Origin: Candidatus Poribacteria bacterium
Lineage (GTDB): Bacteria; Poribacteria; WGA-4E; JAJDTR01
Length of the DNA stretch: 64,000 nucleotides
Assembly (NCBI GenBank): GCA_965222225.1
Contig: CBDCTK010000002.1
Location: 2,464,001 to 2,528,000, forward strand
Reading direction: 5' to 3'
Shown here: in pieces, positions 31,627 through 40,903 of the stretch
Layout: every line of letters begins with the position of its first letter
How positions within the stretch are numbered: position 1 is the first letter of the stretch
Translations under genes and position numbers: made by a program
Notes under the pieces: model-generated
Databases searched by the model: none
The model's input: only the letters and a program-made list of their open reading frames with translations
Told to the model about the DNA's origin: nothing

Positions 31627-33747
31627 CTACGCGTCAATATATCTGAATACCGCCAACTCTGCAAGGTACCACAACGCTTCCGCATCCGGATTCGACGCGA
31701 TGCAAAGCTGATTGGGCACAAAGCCATCCCACCCTTGCGTAGGCGGCAGCACGATGCGGAACAACAGCTGATTGTCCACCTCCAGCGTCAAGCATCGTTC
31801 TTCGGGGACGAACAGGAAGCGATAGTGGTGCCAGCCCCCATCAATCTTGGTTTCAGCTATGCCGCCTCCGTTCCGGGTTTCCTCGACTCCGGACCACCAC
31901 TGTCCCCATGTCTTGTGTCCGGGCAGGATTGTCAGACGCGCCGGATTGATAATCAACCCCATCCCTGCGCTGGGGTCGGAGGCATGGGTGAGGGAAATGG
32001 TTGGAAAACGATGCTCGCCAGCAATGTCCGAGCGTTCACACCGGAGTACCACATCAAAACCAAAGGGCTCTCCCGCGTCAGACGCGTTTTCTACAGGACA
32101 ACACCAGAGGCTGCGCACTGCGGAGCCAGACAACCACTTATTGCTCCAGTCCGCCAGGTGCAAAACGCGACCCTCGCGGCCATAGGAGAGATTGTAAAGG
32201 TCGGTGCGGAAAATAGAACCATTCCCATAGTAATCGTCCCAGCCCTCCATCCGACTGAAGCCGCCCAGATCACATTGCGTCAAGTCTAACACAAAGTCGG
32301 AGCGATGGTATTTCCGCGGCGGCGGAAGATGCCGGGCGTCCGATTTACTTAGCGAATCCACATCGGCAATCTCAACGCACGCTTCCTTCGATGACTCATA
32401 AAAGATGCGCTCCGTGTACGTCGTGAGCTCCGCGTGCCTGTCGGTGGCTCGCACTCGCCAATAGATGCGGTCTTCTATCCGGACCGGTAGGGTAAGAAAG
32501 GTTTCCTTTGTTCGGTAAACCCCAATATCGCTCGACGTTGGCTCGTTTCCCACTTCCACAATGTAATCGCGAAAGTCGCCATCCGGATCGTAACTGCCGC
32601 TCCACTCCAAAACCGGACGGCCTTCCTCCCAGAACCGGACGGGCAATGTGACCGGAATACTCGGCGGAAACTCCATAGGGGCGCCATAGAAACAACTGGC
32701 ATAACCCATCTGCGTAGAGCCTGATGTACAAATGTCCCCGGTACAGCGAGTCCCGCCCGCCGCTAAGACCCATTCCCCACTGACTTCTTGCCAACTGGGA
32801 TAGCAATCCAGCAGATAGAAGTTCGGGTACTGGTATATCCACTCCAGTTCGGGGATTTCGCCGTCATCTGTCAGCGGAATACATCCCGCCTTCCAGCCGT
32901 CCAGGTCTACAAAATACCAACGACCGTCAATTTCGATTTTTGCCGCGCAGTGACACGAAGGCGGCGGGTAACTGACAAGTTCCAGGCCCGCGCGCCGAAA
33001 CAAGGATTTTCCGATGAAGCTGTTGATTTGCCCGCATCTACCCATGTGCATCTCCAAGGCAAGGACAGCCGCCCGGTCATAGTCGCCGTTCCAATAATCC
33101 CGCCCGGCCTCCTGTTCCGCGTCACTGAGAGGCGGTAGGTAAAGCGGATGATGCACGACCGCTGTGCCCAAGAATGTCCATAGCGCCACAACCTTTTGCA
33201 TCGGCGTCATCTCAGGTCGAGTGACGGTCCGCACAATATGTTCGAGATAAGAACGAAGGCAAGTGTCTCCCAGCAGGCGGTTAACCGGCTCGGGGGATTG
33301 TTCGGTCTGACTCCTGTGTGCAAAGATCTTCGGGTCGCCTGGATGATGACGTAGCCACGGGTCTAACAGCGAGAAACGATAACCATAGGGGTAACGAACT
33401 AAGGTTCGAAATGAGAGGGTTGGCGAATGCCATGGTTCGCCTTGCCGTGGCCACACCGTCAGCCGGCCAAAATAGTTCTGCCCGCGTGGTGCCAGTCCGT
33501 CTATGACGACTTGCCAATCATCTCCCGTGTGCTCTACCGGAACGATACTCCCAAATTCGGATGTCTGACCCCACTCCCATTCAGCCCGGATGATTGATGC
33601 GGTGTTCCAGGACAGACGAAGAGTGTTGGCTTGTGTTTCGACCGAAGGCGGCTGTTGGACACAAGCCTGAACATCTCCAATGGCGAGAGACCAATGCCAG
33701 GAACGTTCTGTAGCAGTTGCACGGATATCTTCGGCGACAGGATACAT
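31627..33747 (-). CDS. transglutaminase-like (Cys-His-Asp) protein with FN3-like and beta-sandwich domains
   Basis: GRCGQ, CHCAAKIEIDGRWYFVDLD, YWRVRATD. Confidence 0.6.
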   Translation of the reverse strand: MYPVAEDIRATATERSWHWSLAIGDVQACVQQPPSVETQANTLRLSWNTASIIRAEWEWGQTSEFGSIVPVEHTGDDWQVVIDGLAPRGQNYFGRLTVWPRQGEPWHSPTLSFRTLVRYPYGYRFSLLDPWLRHHPGDPKIFAHRSQTEQSPEPVNRLLGDTCLRSYLEHIVRTVTRPEMTPMQKVVALWTFLGTAVVHHPLYLPPLSDAEQEAGRDYWNGDYDRAAVLALEMHMGRCGQINSFIGKSLFRRAGLELVSYPPPSCHCAAKIEIDGRWYFVDLDGWKAGCIPLTDDGEIPELEWIYQYPNFYLLDCYPSWQEVSGEWVLAAGGTRCTGDICTSGSTQMGYASCFYGAPMEFPPSIPVTLPVRFWEEGRPVLEWSGSYDPDGDFRDYIVEVGNEPTSSDIGVYRTKETFLTLPVRIEDRIYWRVRATDRHAELTTYTERIFYESSKEACVEIADVDSLSKSDARHLPPPRKYHRSDFVLDLTQCDLGGFSRMEGWDDYYGNGSIFRTDLYNLSYGREGRVLHLADWSNKWLSGSAVRSLWCCPVENASDAGEPFGFDVVLRCERSDIAGEHRFPTISLTHASDPSAGMGLIINPARLTILPGHKTWGQWWSGVEETRNGGGIAETKIDGGWHHYRFLFVPEERCLTLEVDNQLLFRIVLPPTQGWDGFVPNQLCIASNPDAEALWYLAELAVFRYIDA

Positions 33748-33821
33748 GCGTTGATTTCCTTTCCAAACTTTCCACCGGTCAAAATAAGCCTTTAGAAAGT
33801 TTTTGTGGTAGGGAAGGATTT

Positions 33822-34001
33822 ATACCATTTCGCTTGAACAATGGTGCATATGATGTCTTAATTGTATCGTTCACTTTCTCCGTAGGCGGGGCATCTTGCC
33901 CCGTCGACTTTGCGCGGAGACAAGGCTTCTTACTCCGCTCCACGCACGTTTCTTTACTTGATCCAGGTAATCAATGCACTTGCATTTTAGAGAAATGGTA
34001 T
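33822..34001. mobile_element. MITE family A copy (reverse orientation)
   Basis: ATACCATTTC...GAAATGGTAT ends; internal GTAGGCGGGGCATCTTGCCCCG palindrome. Confidence 0.6.
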
Positions 34002-34031
34002 TACAAGGCTCAACAGGGCTTGGTCAGCCAT

Positions 34032-34946
34032 TCAGCTTGGGGACGAGAGGATTCGGAATCGATTCGACGCAGCGGCTATCGTGGCGCCGGTCATTTCAAC
34101 ACCCAAGGCGTCCCCCATGGCTTGCAGGCGTTCGATGACAACAGCCAGTCGGGGACGCAGATGCCCTGGCCCCCACTCCTCGGAACTATAGTCATAAAGG
34201 TTGTGAGTGAACAGGCATAGGTGGGGCAGTAAGACACCCTCATCCAATTGTCGTGCAACCTCGTTCCGACAGACGTAGGTTATATAATCTTCGTCTGCGT
34301 CCTCAAAACGGATGTCGCCGACTCCCGTCCAGTGGCCTGTGGAGTTGTGGTCGCTTGTCAATGGTACTTCGACGAAATCCAAATTCCCCGGAGCCAACCG
34401 GTCGGCTCGATGAGCAAAGTGGATTTCGGGACACGCCCCAACCCAAGTGGCATGGTACCGCGGCAGCCTTCTCCCAGGCTGCGATACGGACCCCCATCGG
34501 AATCCCGCGGCCAGCATGGCTGAGTACGTGCTGTCATTAGCGGAGACGTTGCCAGGGCGTACTGCGAGAGGTTGTTGTCCGAGGATGGCAGCCCACTGCG
34601 CGCACGCCTCCCGCAACATCCGCTCCTGCTCCGACTGCGTGTAACCGCCCAAGTAACCATGACTGCCCGGTTGCAGATAGTTGTCACGCCAGGATTGTGG
34701 ATGCAAGTGAAGTCCCAATTCGACGCCCCAACCGGCCACTTCCAAAAGCACATCCCGGTTCTCTTCGGCGGCCTCCGGCGTAATGAACAGCGTGGCTGGA
34801 AACCCGTGCCTACGCAATAGGTCACAATACCCCAGGATAGCCTGACAGCTCGTCTCCAAATTGTCTGGGCCTCCTGTTGGTGACTTTTCCGCCAACCGTT
34901 CCACGTCCATCGTAAAACAAACCTGCACTGCGGGGACACTTCTCAT
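34032..34946 (-). CDS. polysaccharide deacetylase (NodB/CE4-like)
   Basis: FTMDVE, PATLFIT, ELGLHLHP, VRPG. Confidence 0.85.
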   Translation of the reverse strand: MRSVPAVQVCFTMDVERLAEKSPTGGPDNLETSCQAILGYCDLLRRHGFPATLFITPEAAEENRDVLLEVAGWGVELGLHLHPQSWRDNYLQPGSHGYLGGYTQSEQERMLREACAQWAAILGQQPLAVRPGNVSANDSTYSAMLAAGFRWGSVSQPGRRLPRYHATWVGACPEIHFAHRADRLAPGNLDFVEVPLTSDHNSTGHWTGVGDIRFEDADEDYITYVCRNEVARQLDEGVLLPHLCLFTHNLYDYSSEEWGPGHLRPRLAVVIERLQAMGDALGVEMTGATIAAASNRFRILSSPS

Positions 34947-35032
34947 TTGGAACTATCTCCTTGACCACCTTCCTCTCAGGCGTACTGTTCGGTGCGGTTG
35001 GAAACCGAACCTACCAGGGTTGGTTATCAATT

Positions 35033-37510
35033 TTACTTCACAATCACCATCCGCCGCGATGGCGCATAATCACCCGCCCGGAATTGATAAATATAAATCC
35101 CGCTCGCAACCGCTTCCCCGCGTTCGTTCCGTCCGTCCCAATACGCCGCCTTTCCACGCTCCGCGTAATACCCCGCCCGACCTGACTCCCGAGCGCCAAC
35201 CGGCGCACCAGCGTCCCCTTTGTGTCATAAATCGTAATCGCCACCTCCGCCTCACGCGCGAGATGATACGGTATCCACGTCTCCGGATTGAAGGGGTTCG
35301 GGTAATTCGGCAACAGCATCGTCTCTTTCGGCGTCAACGCCGCAAGCAACTGTTCAAGGAAGCGGATTCCCCGTTGAAAATTCGCATCGCCGACGCCTAA
35401 ACCCTGTGCGCCTGCAAGCCAGCTCGCGACATCTGCAGCGCTAATAATCGACGGGTCTGGGGAATATGCCGAAGGCGCAGCTCCGCCATCCCCAATCGCC
35501 CCGGCAACCTGAACAAGGTCAAACACATTCACCACCCCATCCCCGTTGACGTCCACCCCCTTTTTGTCCGTCCCAAACCCCTGCGCTACTGCCACCAAAT
35601 CCAAGATATTTACCACCCCATCCCCGTTCACATCCGCCGGATTCGCCGGTTTTACCCGAAGATACATCTCCCCGTCGAGATTCGGCAGCGCGTGCTCCGT
35701 CTTCACCAAACCGCTGGCAACACCCTGCGCCTCCTCCGGCAACGTGATGACCTGCGCCTCGCCGCTGTGATTGTACACCGCCCACCCGTTCGTGAATTCC
35801 CGAATATAAAGCCCATCTATATCTTGATACAGTTGCGACTTCTCGCCACTCGGCCGCCCCAAGTCCGCATCCCAAAAATCGTACCAGTAATGCGTCCACG
35901 GAGCTGCGGACGTCTCGTAGGGGATGGTGTAAACGACATACCCATCGGAGTGCGTAAGGCTCAAGGTTGTTACAACACGCATCCACCGAAGGTTGTTCGG
36001 ACTGTCGGGAGCTTCGGTTGGGATTGCCCAACCTTCTAGTCCGTTAATGCGGGGCTCCCGCAGGTTGTTGTCAAGCCATGCAAGAGAGCTCTCGACGCCA
36101 TTCAGCGATCTTTCAAGTCTAGCTCCTGTTTTTGTAGTGGGGAAGCCGCTTTCCATGAAGCCGCCGTTGATGTAGGGCCCCGTAATCGGTTGAATATGGA
36201 CATTTGTGTTCCCCATAATGAGAAAATCCGGGCGGGTGGCGGCGCGAATGCGTTGTACAATGCTTAGCCTAGCTTTCTGTTCGGCTTCTAATCCCCGAAA
36301 TATCTGATAATTGCCGTCGGCGTCATAGTCTGCAAGAATGAGAAGTTCATCTTGCCAATAATCGAAAAGGATGCCGTCGTACAAACCGCACTTTGACACG
36401 GCGATAGCTTGTTGTACGATTCGATCTTGTATGACCGGATGTGTGAAGTCGATTAAACCGGAATCTCTTGATGGATCCTCCGCTTTGAGGCGGAATATAT
36501 GTCCTTGAGCGTCGCGAATCCAATAGGGCCAATCAGGCGGATAATTCGCGAGGACGTCGGCTCTCATACGAATATCCATTAGAGTAATCATGTTGGGATT
36601 GATAGCGAGCATGCGGTCGCGTCTATCGATTGCCCTGTTAATGTTGCCCCTGATTTCGAAACCGTGAGGCCCTCAAAATGGAATAATCCGAACACTTTGA
36701 CGCTAAACCACAAATCATGGAGTGCTACATTTTCTACGCCTGTAAGGTCGGGCCGATTGCTAACGGGCGGCCAAGACGGACCGCTCCACCGTGCGAAGAT
36801 TGACGGATAATGCCGGTTTTCTAATCGCGGCTGAACCGGAAGCGGAGGCATCACGCATGTCTGATCGTAAACAAAATGAGAAAGCGCGAGCGCGTCAAGC
36901 GGGCTAAAATCGACTATTTCGTTGTCATTGATTTCGAGGAATTCAAGCCGGGACAACCTCGATAAAGGAGAGACATCGCTAATTTTGTTGACATTGAGCC
37001 GCAGTTCAACAAGGTTTTTCAGATTCGCCAACGGAGTGATATCGACAATTTTATTTATTCGAGCGTTGAGGAAACTTAACTTGGTGAGGTGGGAGAGCGG
37101 GCTAATATCGACTATATCGCAACCGGCGATGTCGAGGCTTCGTAGGTTTGTGAGATTGGCTAAAGGGGTAATGTCAACACCAGGCAGCCCCCACATGCCC
37201 AAGTCTTTCAATTGTGTTAAGCCGGCTACAGGACTAAGGTCTACTATCGGGTTGGCGTCAATATAAAGTGTCTCCAGATTGCTTGCGAATTCCAAGCCTG
37301 TTAGATTGCGGATGTCCTGATGATGAACGGTAAGCTTTGTCAGCCGTTTCATGTCCGCTTCGGTGATGGGCGCGCCATGCGGGACACCCAACGCATCGGC
37401 GATGGCGGAACGGAGGTTGGGGTCGGGAATATCGACCGTTTGGGCGAATGCGGCACTGGACAGCGCGATGTAGAGAAAAAATTGAGCGTAAGTTTCTGTC
37501 GGAAATTCAT
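35033..37510 (-). pseudogene. secreted internalin-like LRR protein with hydrolase-like, dockerin and FlgD-Ig domains; frameshifted
   Basis: IPDPNLR cap, LRRs, two DVNGDGVVN repeats, NYPNPFNPETWIPY. Frameshifts near 37478, 36670 and 35180; the corrected end reads ...RRMVIVK-TAA. Confidence 0.75.
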
Positions 37511-37549
37511 CGCTTTTTCCCCTAAATCCGCGTAATCTGTTTAATCCGA

Positions 37550-37620
37550 TCAACCGACTGAATAAGGAGTAAGATTTCCTATCGCCTTTCCTATTCGGTC
37601 AGTTGATCGATAGAGATCCC
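37550..37620. mobile_element. nested micro-elements (36-bp + copy 37571-37606 inside a 35-bp - copy)
   Basis: Outer 21 + 14 bp halves rebuild GGGATCTCTATCGAACTCCTTATTCAGTCGGTTGA. Confidence 0.85.
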
Positions 37621-37827
37621 CCTGTTTCTATCAGAATTGATTCGCCACAAACACCGATATCTTATGGCGGGTTGGCAGCGGTCAGCTTTTCATAATTCAC
37701 ACAAGACCTCATCGGGTTCTGGCGACTGTTAGAGATGCCGGTCAATTTGAAATCTTTGTCCTATCGTCCCATAGCTTCATGGGCCAATTTTCCGGGAGAC
37801 GGTTATTGAATCACGGCCAATCGTCGT

Positions 37828-39117
37828 TTAAGTAAGTAATTCCTCGTGATGCCGCACAACTTTGTTTATCGCATCAATGACCATATCGGCATATCCGGGT
37901 GGCGGATCGATAAACACAGGCATTCCGACAATTCGAGGGTGCACCTCCTCGGTAACGGGTAGACTGCCTTCCGGATAACCCGGGTAGTCGCCGCTCAACG
38001 GACCTCTTCCACTCCCATACAGGTCGAAGCCTTCAGCAAAGAGTTTCAAACGATGCGTCAGTGGATAGGCGCGCCACAGCGTTATAATACCCTCCGCACT
38101 CAGCGCTGCGTCGAAACTATTGACATCCAGTCCATTGAGTTCCTCAGGGTTATAGATAAAAGGAAAACCGCCATAGAAGCCCGCCGGACGAGATTGTGGA
38201 TAATTCCTAATAGGATGCAACCCCGGAAGGCCTCGCACACCGTTGTAGATTTTGTCTCGGTAAGCCAGTTTCTTTGCATTGCGTTCATCCAGACTATCCA
38301 TCATCGCCAAGCCCACAGCGGCTGCCCACGCATGCATCCGGAACTTCAACCCTAACATTAACGGTATTAATAGCTTTATCTCCGGGTCTTCGATTTCTTC
38401 CGCCAGCCCCGCGCGGTTGAGATGACAGAAGAGCAGAATCCGCTCGTAGTACGTGCGGTTGTTAGTCACGATCAAACCGCCTTCGCCGCCGGGGATGGGC
38501 TTGCCGTTTATTGGATCTCCCTGCATCGAAAAGCACCCGATATCCCCTTGCGTCCCAAGTTTCCGGCCCTCCCACTCCGCGCCATGGCAATGGCTGCAAT
38601 CTTCAATCACCGGCAAGCTGTGCTTGCGGGCAATCCCCAAAATTTCATCCATGTTGCAAGGGTTGCCGTATAAGTGAACGATACTAATCGCACGGGTGCG
38701 GGGTGTGATTTTTTTCTCCATGTCCACCGGATCGATGAGGAGCGTGTCCGGCTCAATTTCACAGAAGACGGGACGCGCTCCCATCCAAATCACAGGCGAG
38801 ATGGAGCAAATCCACGTATACCCCGGATGAATCACCTCATCACCGGGCCCGACACCCGCCGCATAATATGCGGCCCAGAGGGTAGATGTTCCGTTGTGCT
38901 GGCTCAGGCAATACCTTGTCCCCAGGTATTCACGGAATCGAGTTTCTAAATCACCGGGCAATCCACTGTCTGTCTGCGAATATATGCCCGTATCAATCAT
39001 TTGACATACCATTCGCCTAATCTTTTCCGTTGGTGGAGACCAGTTCTCCTGGCTCGGGATGGTCACTGCCTTAGGTCCACCAAGAATGGCAAGGTGAGAT
39101 TTTGTATCGGTTCCCAT
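37828..39117 (-). CDS. DegT/DnrJ/EryC1/StrS PLP-dependent aminotransferase
   Basis: GVGPGDEVI, VHLYGNPCNM, IEDCSHCHG, K..GGEGG. Confidence 0.92.
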   Translation of the reverse strand: MGTDTKSHLAILGGPKAVTIPSQENWSPPTEKIRRMVCQMIDTGIYSQTDSGLPGDLETRFREYLGTRYCLSQHNGTSTLWAAYYAAGVGPGDEVIHPGYTWICSISPVIWMGARPVFCEIEPDTLLIDPVDMEKKITPRTRAISIVHLYGNPCNMDEILGIARKHSLPVIEDCSHCHGAEWEGRKLGTQGDIGCFSMQGDPINGKPIPGGEGGLIVTNNRTYYERILLFCHLNRAGLAEEIEDPEIKLLIPLMLGLKFRMHAWAAAVGLAMMDSLDERNAKKLAYRDKIYNGVRGLPGLHPIRNYPQSRPAGFYGGFPFIYNPEELNGLDVNSFDAALSAEGIITLWRAYPLTHRLKLFAEGFDLYGSGRGPLSGDYPGYPEGSLPVTEEVHPRIVGMPVFIDPPPGYADMVIDAINKVVRHHEELLT

Positions 39118-39434
39118 GTTATTTTGCCGTCACCCTTTTTGAAGTGTCAGTTTCTCCGTTCCGCGCGTATCTTAAACGAAAAATCGATCAGTGTCAATGA
39201 CAACCGCCACCACTGACCGTATTGGGAAAGCCGGCGAAAGTAGCAGTGATGAGAAACAAGCGAATAGCCCAACACAATTACATCTCAGTTTTTGGATATT
39301 CTTCCTTGGTAAGGATTTGATGACCGGCGCCGTTTCGCAATGAAAATCAACAGACGCGCGGCCCCATTTTGGGTTAAGGCCGCGCTCAGAATGCCCACCA
39401 AAACAAGACAAATCCAACAATCAGGAAGCATCTA

Positions 39435-40439
39435 CTACATTCCCAGAAACAGATCGCGTCCTTTAACAAGACTCTCCAATTTCCCAAGTGCGACACTACG
39501 GGGCAGCATCCACAAACCGCAGTCGGGGACAACGTGTAACCGATCCACGCCAATAATACTCGCACCGGTCTCTATCCGTTTGGCGACCAGTTCCGGCGAT
39601 TCGATTTGCAAATCTTTGATGTCAATCACGCCCAATCCGATCTCGATTCGAGAGTCGTATTTCGCAAAGTGCTTGAGTTCATCATAGCCGCGTCGAGCAA
39701 ATTCGAGCACAAACGCATCCACTCCGACTTCCAATAGCTTCGGGAGCAACGCTTCATAATTCCCCTTTTGGACGGTCTGTCCGCCGTAGTTGCCCAAACA
39801 GATGTGAACGCCGGATCTGCCAGGGATGCCTGCGGCGACAACGTTGATTGCCTCAATCGCCCACTCGATGTCTTGCGGATGCCCGACGATTGACGCCTCA
39901 TCAATCTGAAGAAAGTCCGCATGAATGTCTCTTACCTGCTCACTCAGCACTTTGGCAATCGCCATCGCCAACGATCGAAGATTGGGGTAGTAATCATTAA
40001 TCAACACTCGTGATAACATGTGAGGGCCTGTAAACGTGAACTTGAGCGGTTGTTTCGTTAATTGCCGTGACCCCTCAAATTCACCACGCAAATCTAGCCG
40101 CCCGTGATCAATCTCTCCCACCACAACGCCCGCAGGCTCGTCGCGATATGCCAGGTCCGCATCGTTGCGCATCCGCTCGATTAGCGAACGCGGAAATTCT
40201 GTCGAAATCCCTGCAAGCCGTTGGGCGTAGTGATCAATCATCCCGTTCGTCTTCTCGTGACAGTACAGGGAACGGAAGATCTCGCCGTCGGAGATTAGGT
40301 CTAAACCGATATTTTCTTGATCCTTGATTGTTGCCTTAATTGCGTCGAGGATAGCTTCCTGGCTTGCAGTCTGAGTCAACCACCTCGGCAACGGAAAGCT
40401 CCCGACAACGCTTGTTTCAATGCGTCTTTGGTTTGACAT
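39435..40439 (-). CDS. cobalamin-independent methionine synthase II family protein (C-terminal barrel only)
   Basis: VVGSFPLP, SDGE, QIDEA, HICLGN, PDCGL Zn-ligand motifs; 334 aa. Confidence 0.85.
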   Translation of the reverse strand: MSNQRRIETSVVGSFPLPRWLTQTASQEAILDAIKATIKDQENIGLDLISDGEIFRSLYCHEKTNGMIDHYAQRLAGISTEFPRSLIERMRNDADLAYRDEPAGVVVGEIDHGRLDLRGEFEGSRQLTKQPLKFTFTGPHMLSRVLINDYYPNLRSLAMAIAKVLSEQVRDIHADFLQIDEASIVGHPQDIEWAIEAINVVAAGIPGRSGVHICLGNYGGQTVQKGNYEALLPKLLEVGVDAFVLEFARRGYDELKHFAKYDSRIEIGLGVIDIKDLQIESPELVAKRIETGASIIGVDRLHVVPDCGLWMLPRSVALGKLESLVKGRDLFLGM

Positions 40440-40622
40440 TTTCAGCGCGTGTCCTCAATAACGTACCTTTTGTAAATGGGTAACTGTTTAGTATAATGAT
40501 TTCTAGCGAGAATGAGTGGCAATTACTTATGATATAAGGGGTGAATGGCTTAACTAATGTTTGCCTAATTTTTGCCAAGACACACCTAGTGCCATTAGCT
40601 ACTGTACCATTTATTGTAGATA

Positions 40623-40818
40623 TTTACATTCCGCTCCGCCGGAGCGGAAAAGATAGACGTTTCTTGGCTACAGACATAGCACTCCGCTGGAGTGCAAGAC
40701 ATAACCAACCCATAGCTACAGAGGTATAACGCTGCTGCAAGAGTCTCGCTCCAGCGGAGCGACATGTCTGTAGAAAGCGGATGTATGACCGTCTTGTGCT
40801 CCAGCGGAGCACTATGTT
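40623..40818. repeat. cluster of four REP-like GCTCC-NNN-GGAGC palindromes, two facing two
   Basis: CTACAGACATAGCACTCCGCTGGAGTGC and inverted GCTCCAGCGGAGCGACATGTCTGTAG. Confidence 0.6.
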
Positions 40819-40903
40819 AGGCAGTCTTAACCATGCGAGGGTTGACTGCTACCACTAAACACTTTCGTAAATGGTAGTATTCCTTTTCTACTTCCACGAA
40901 AAC

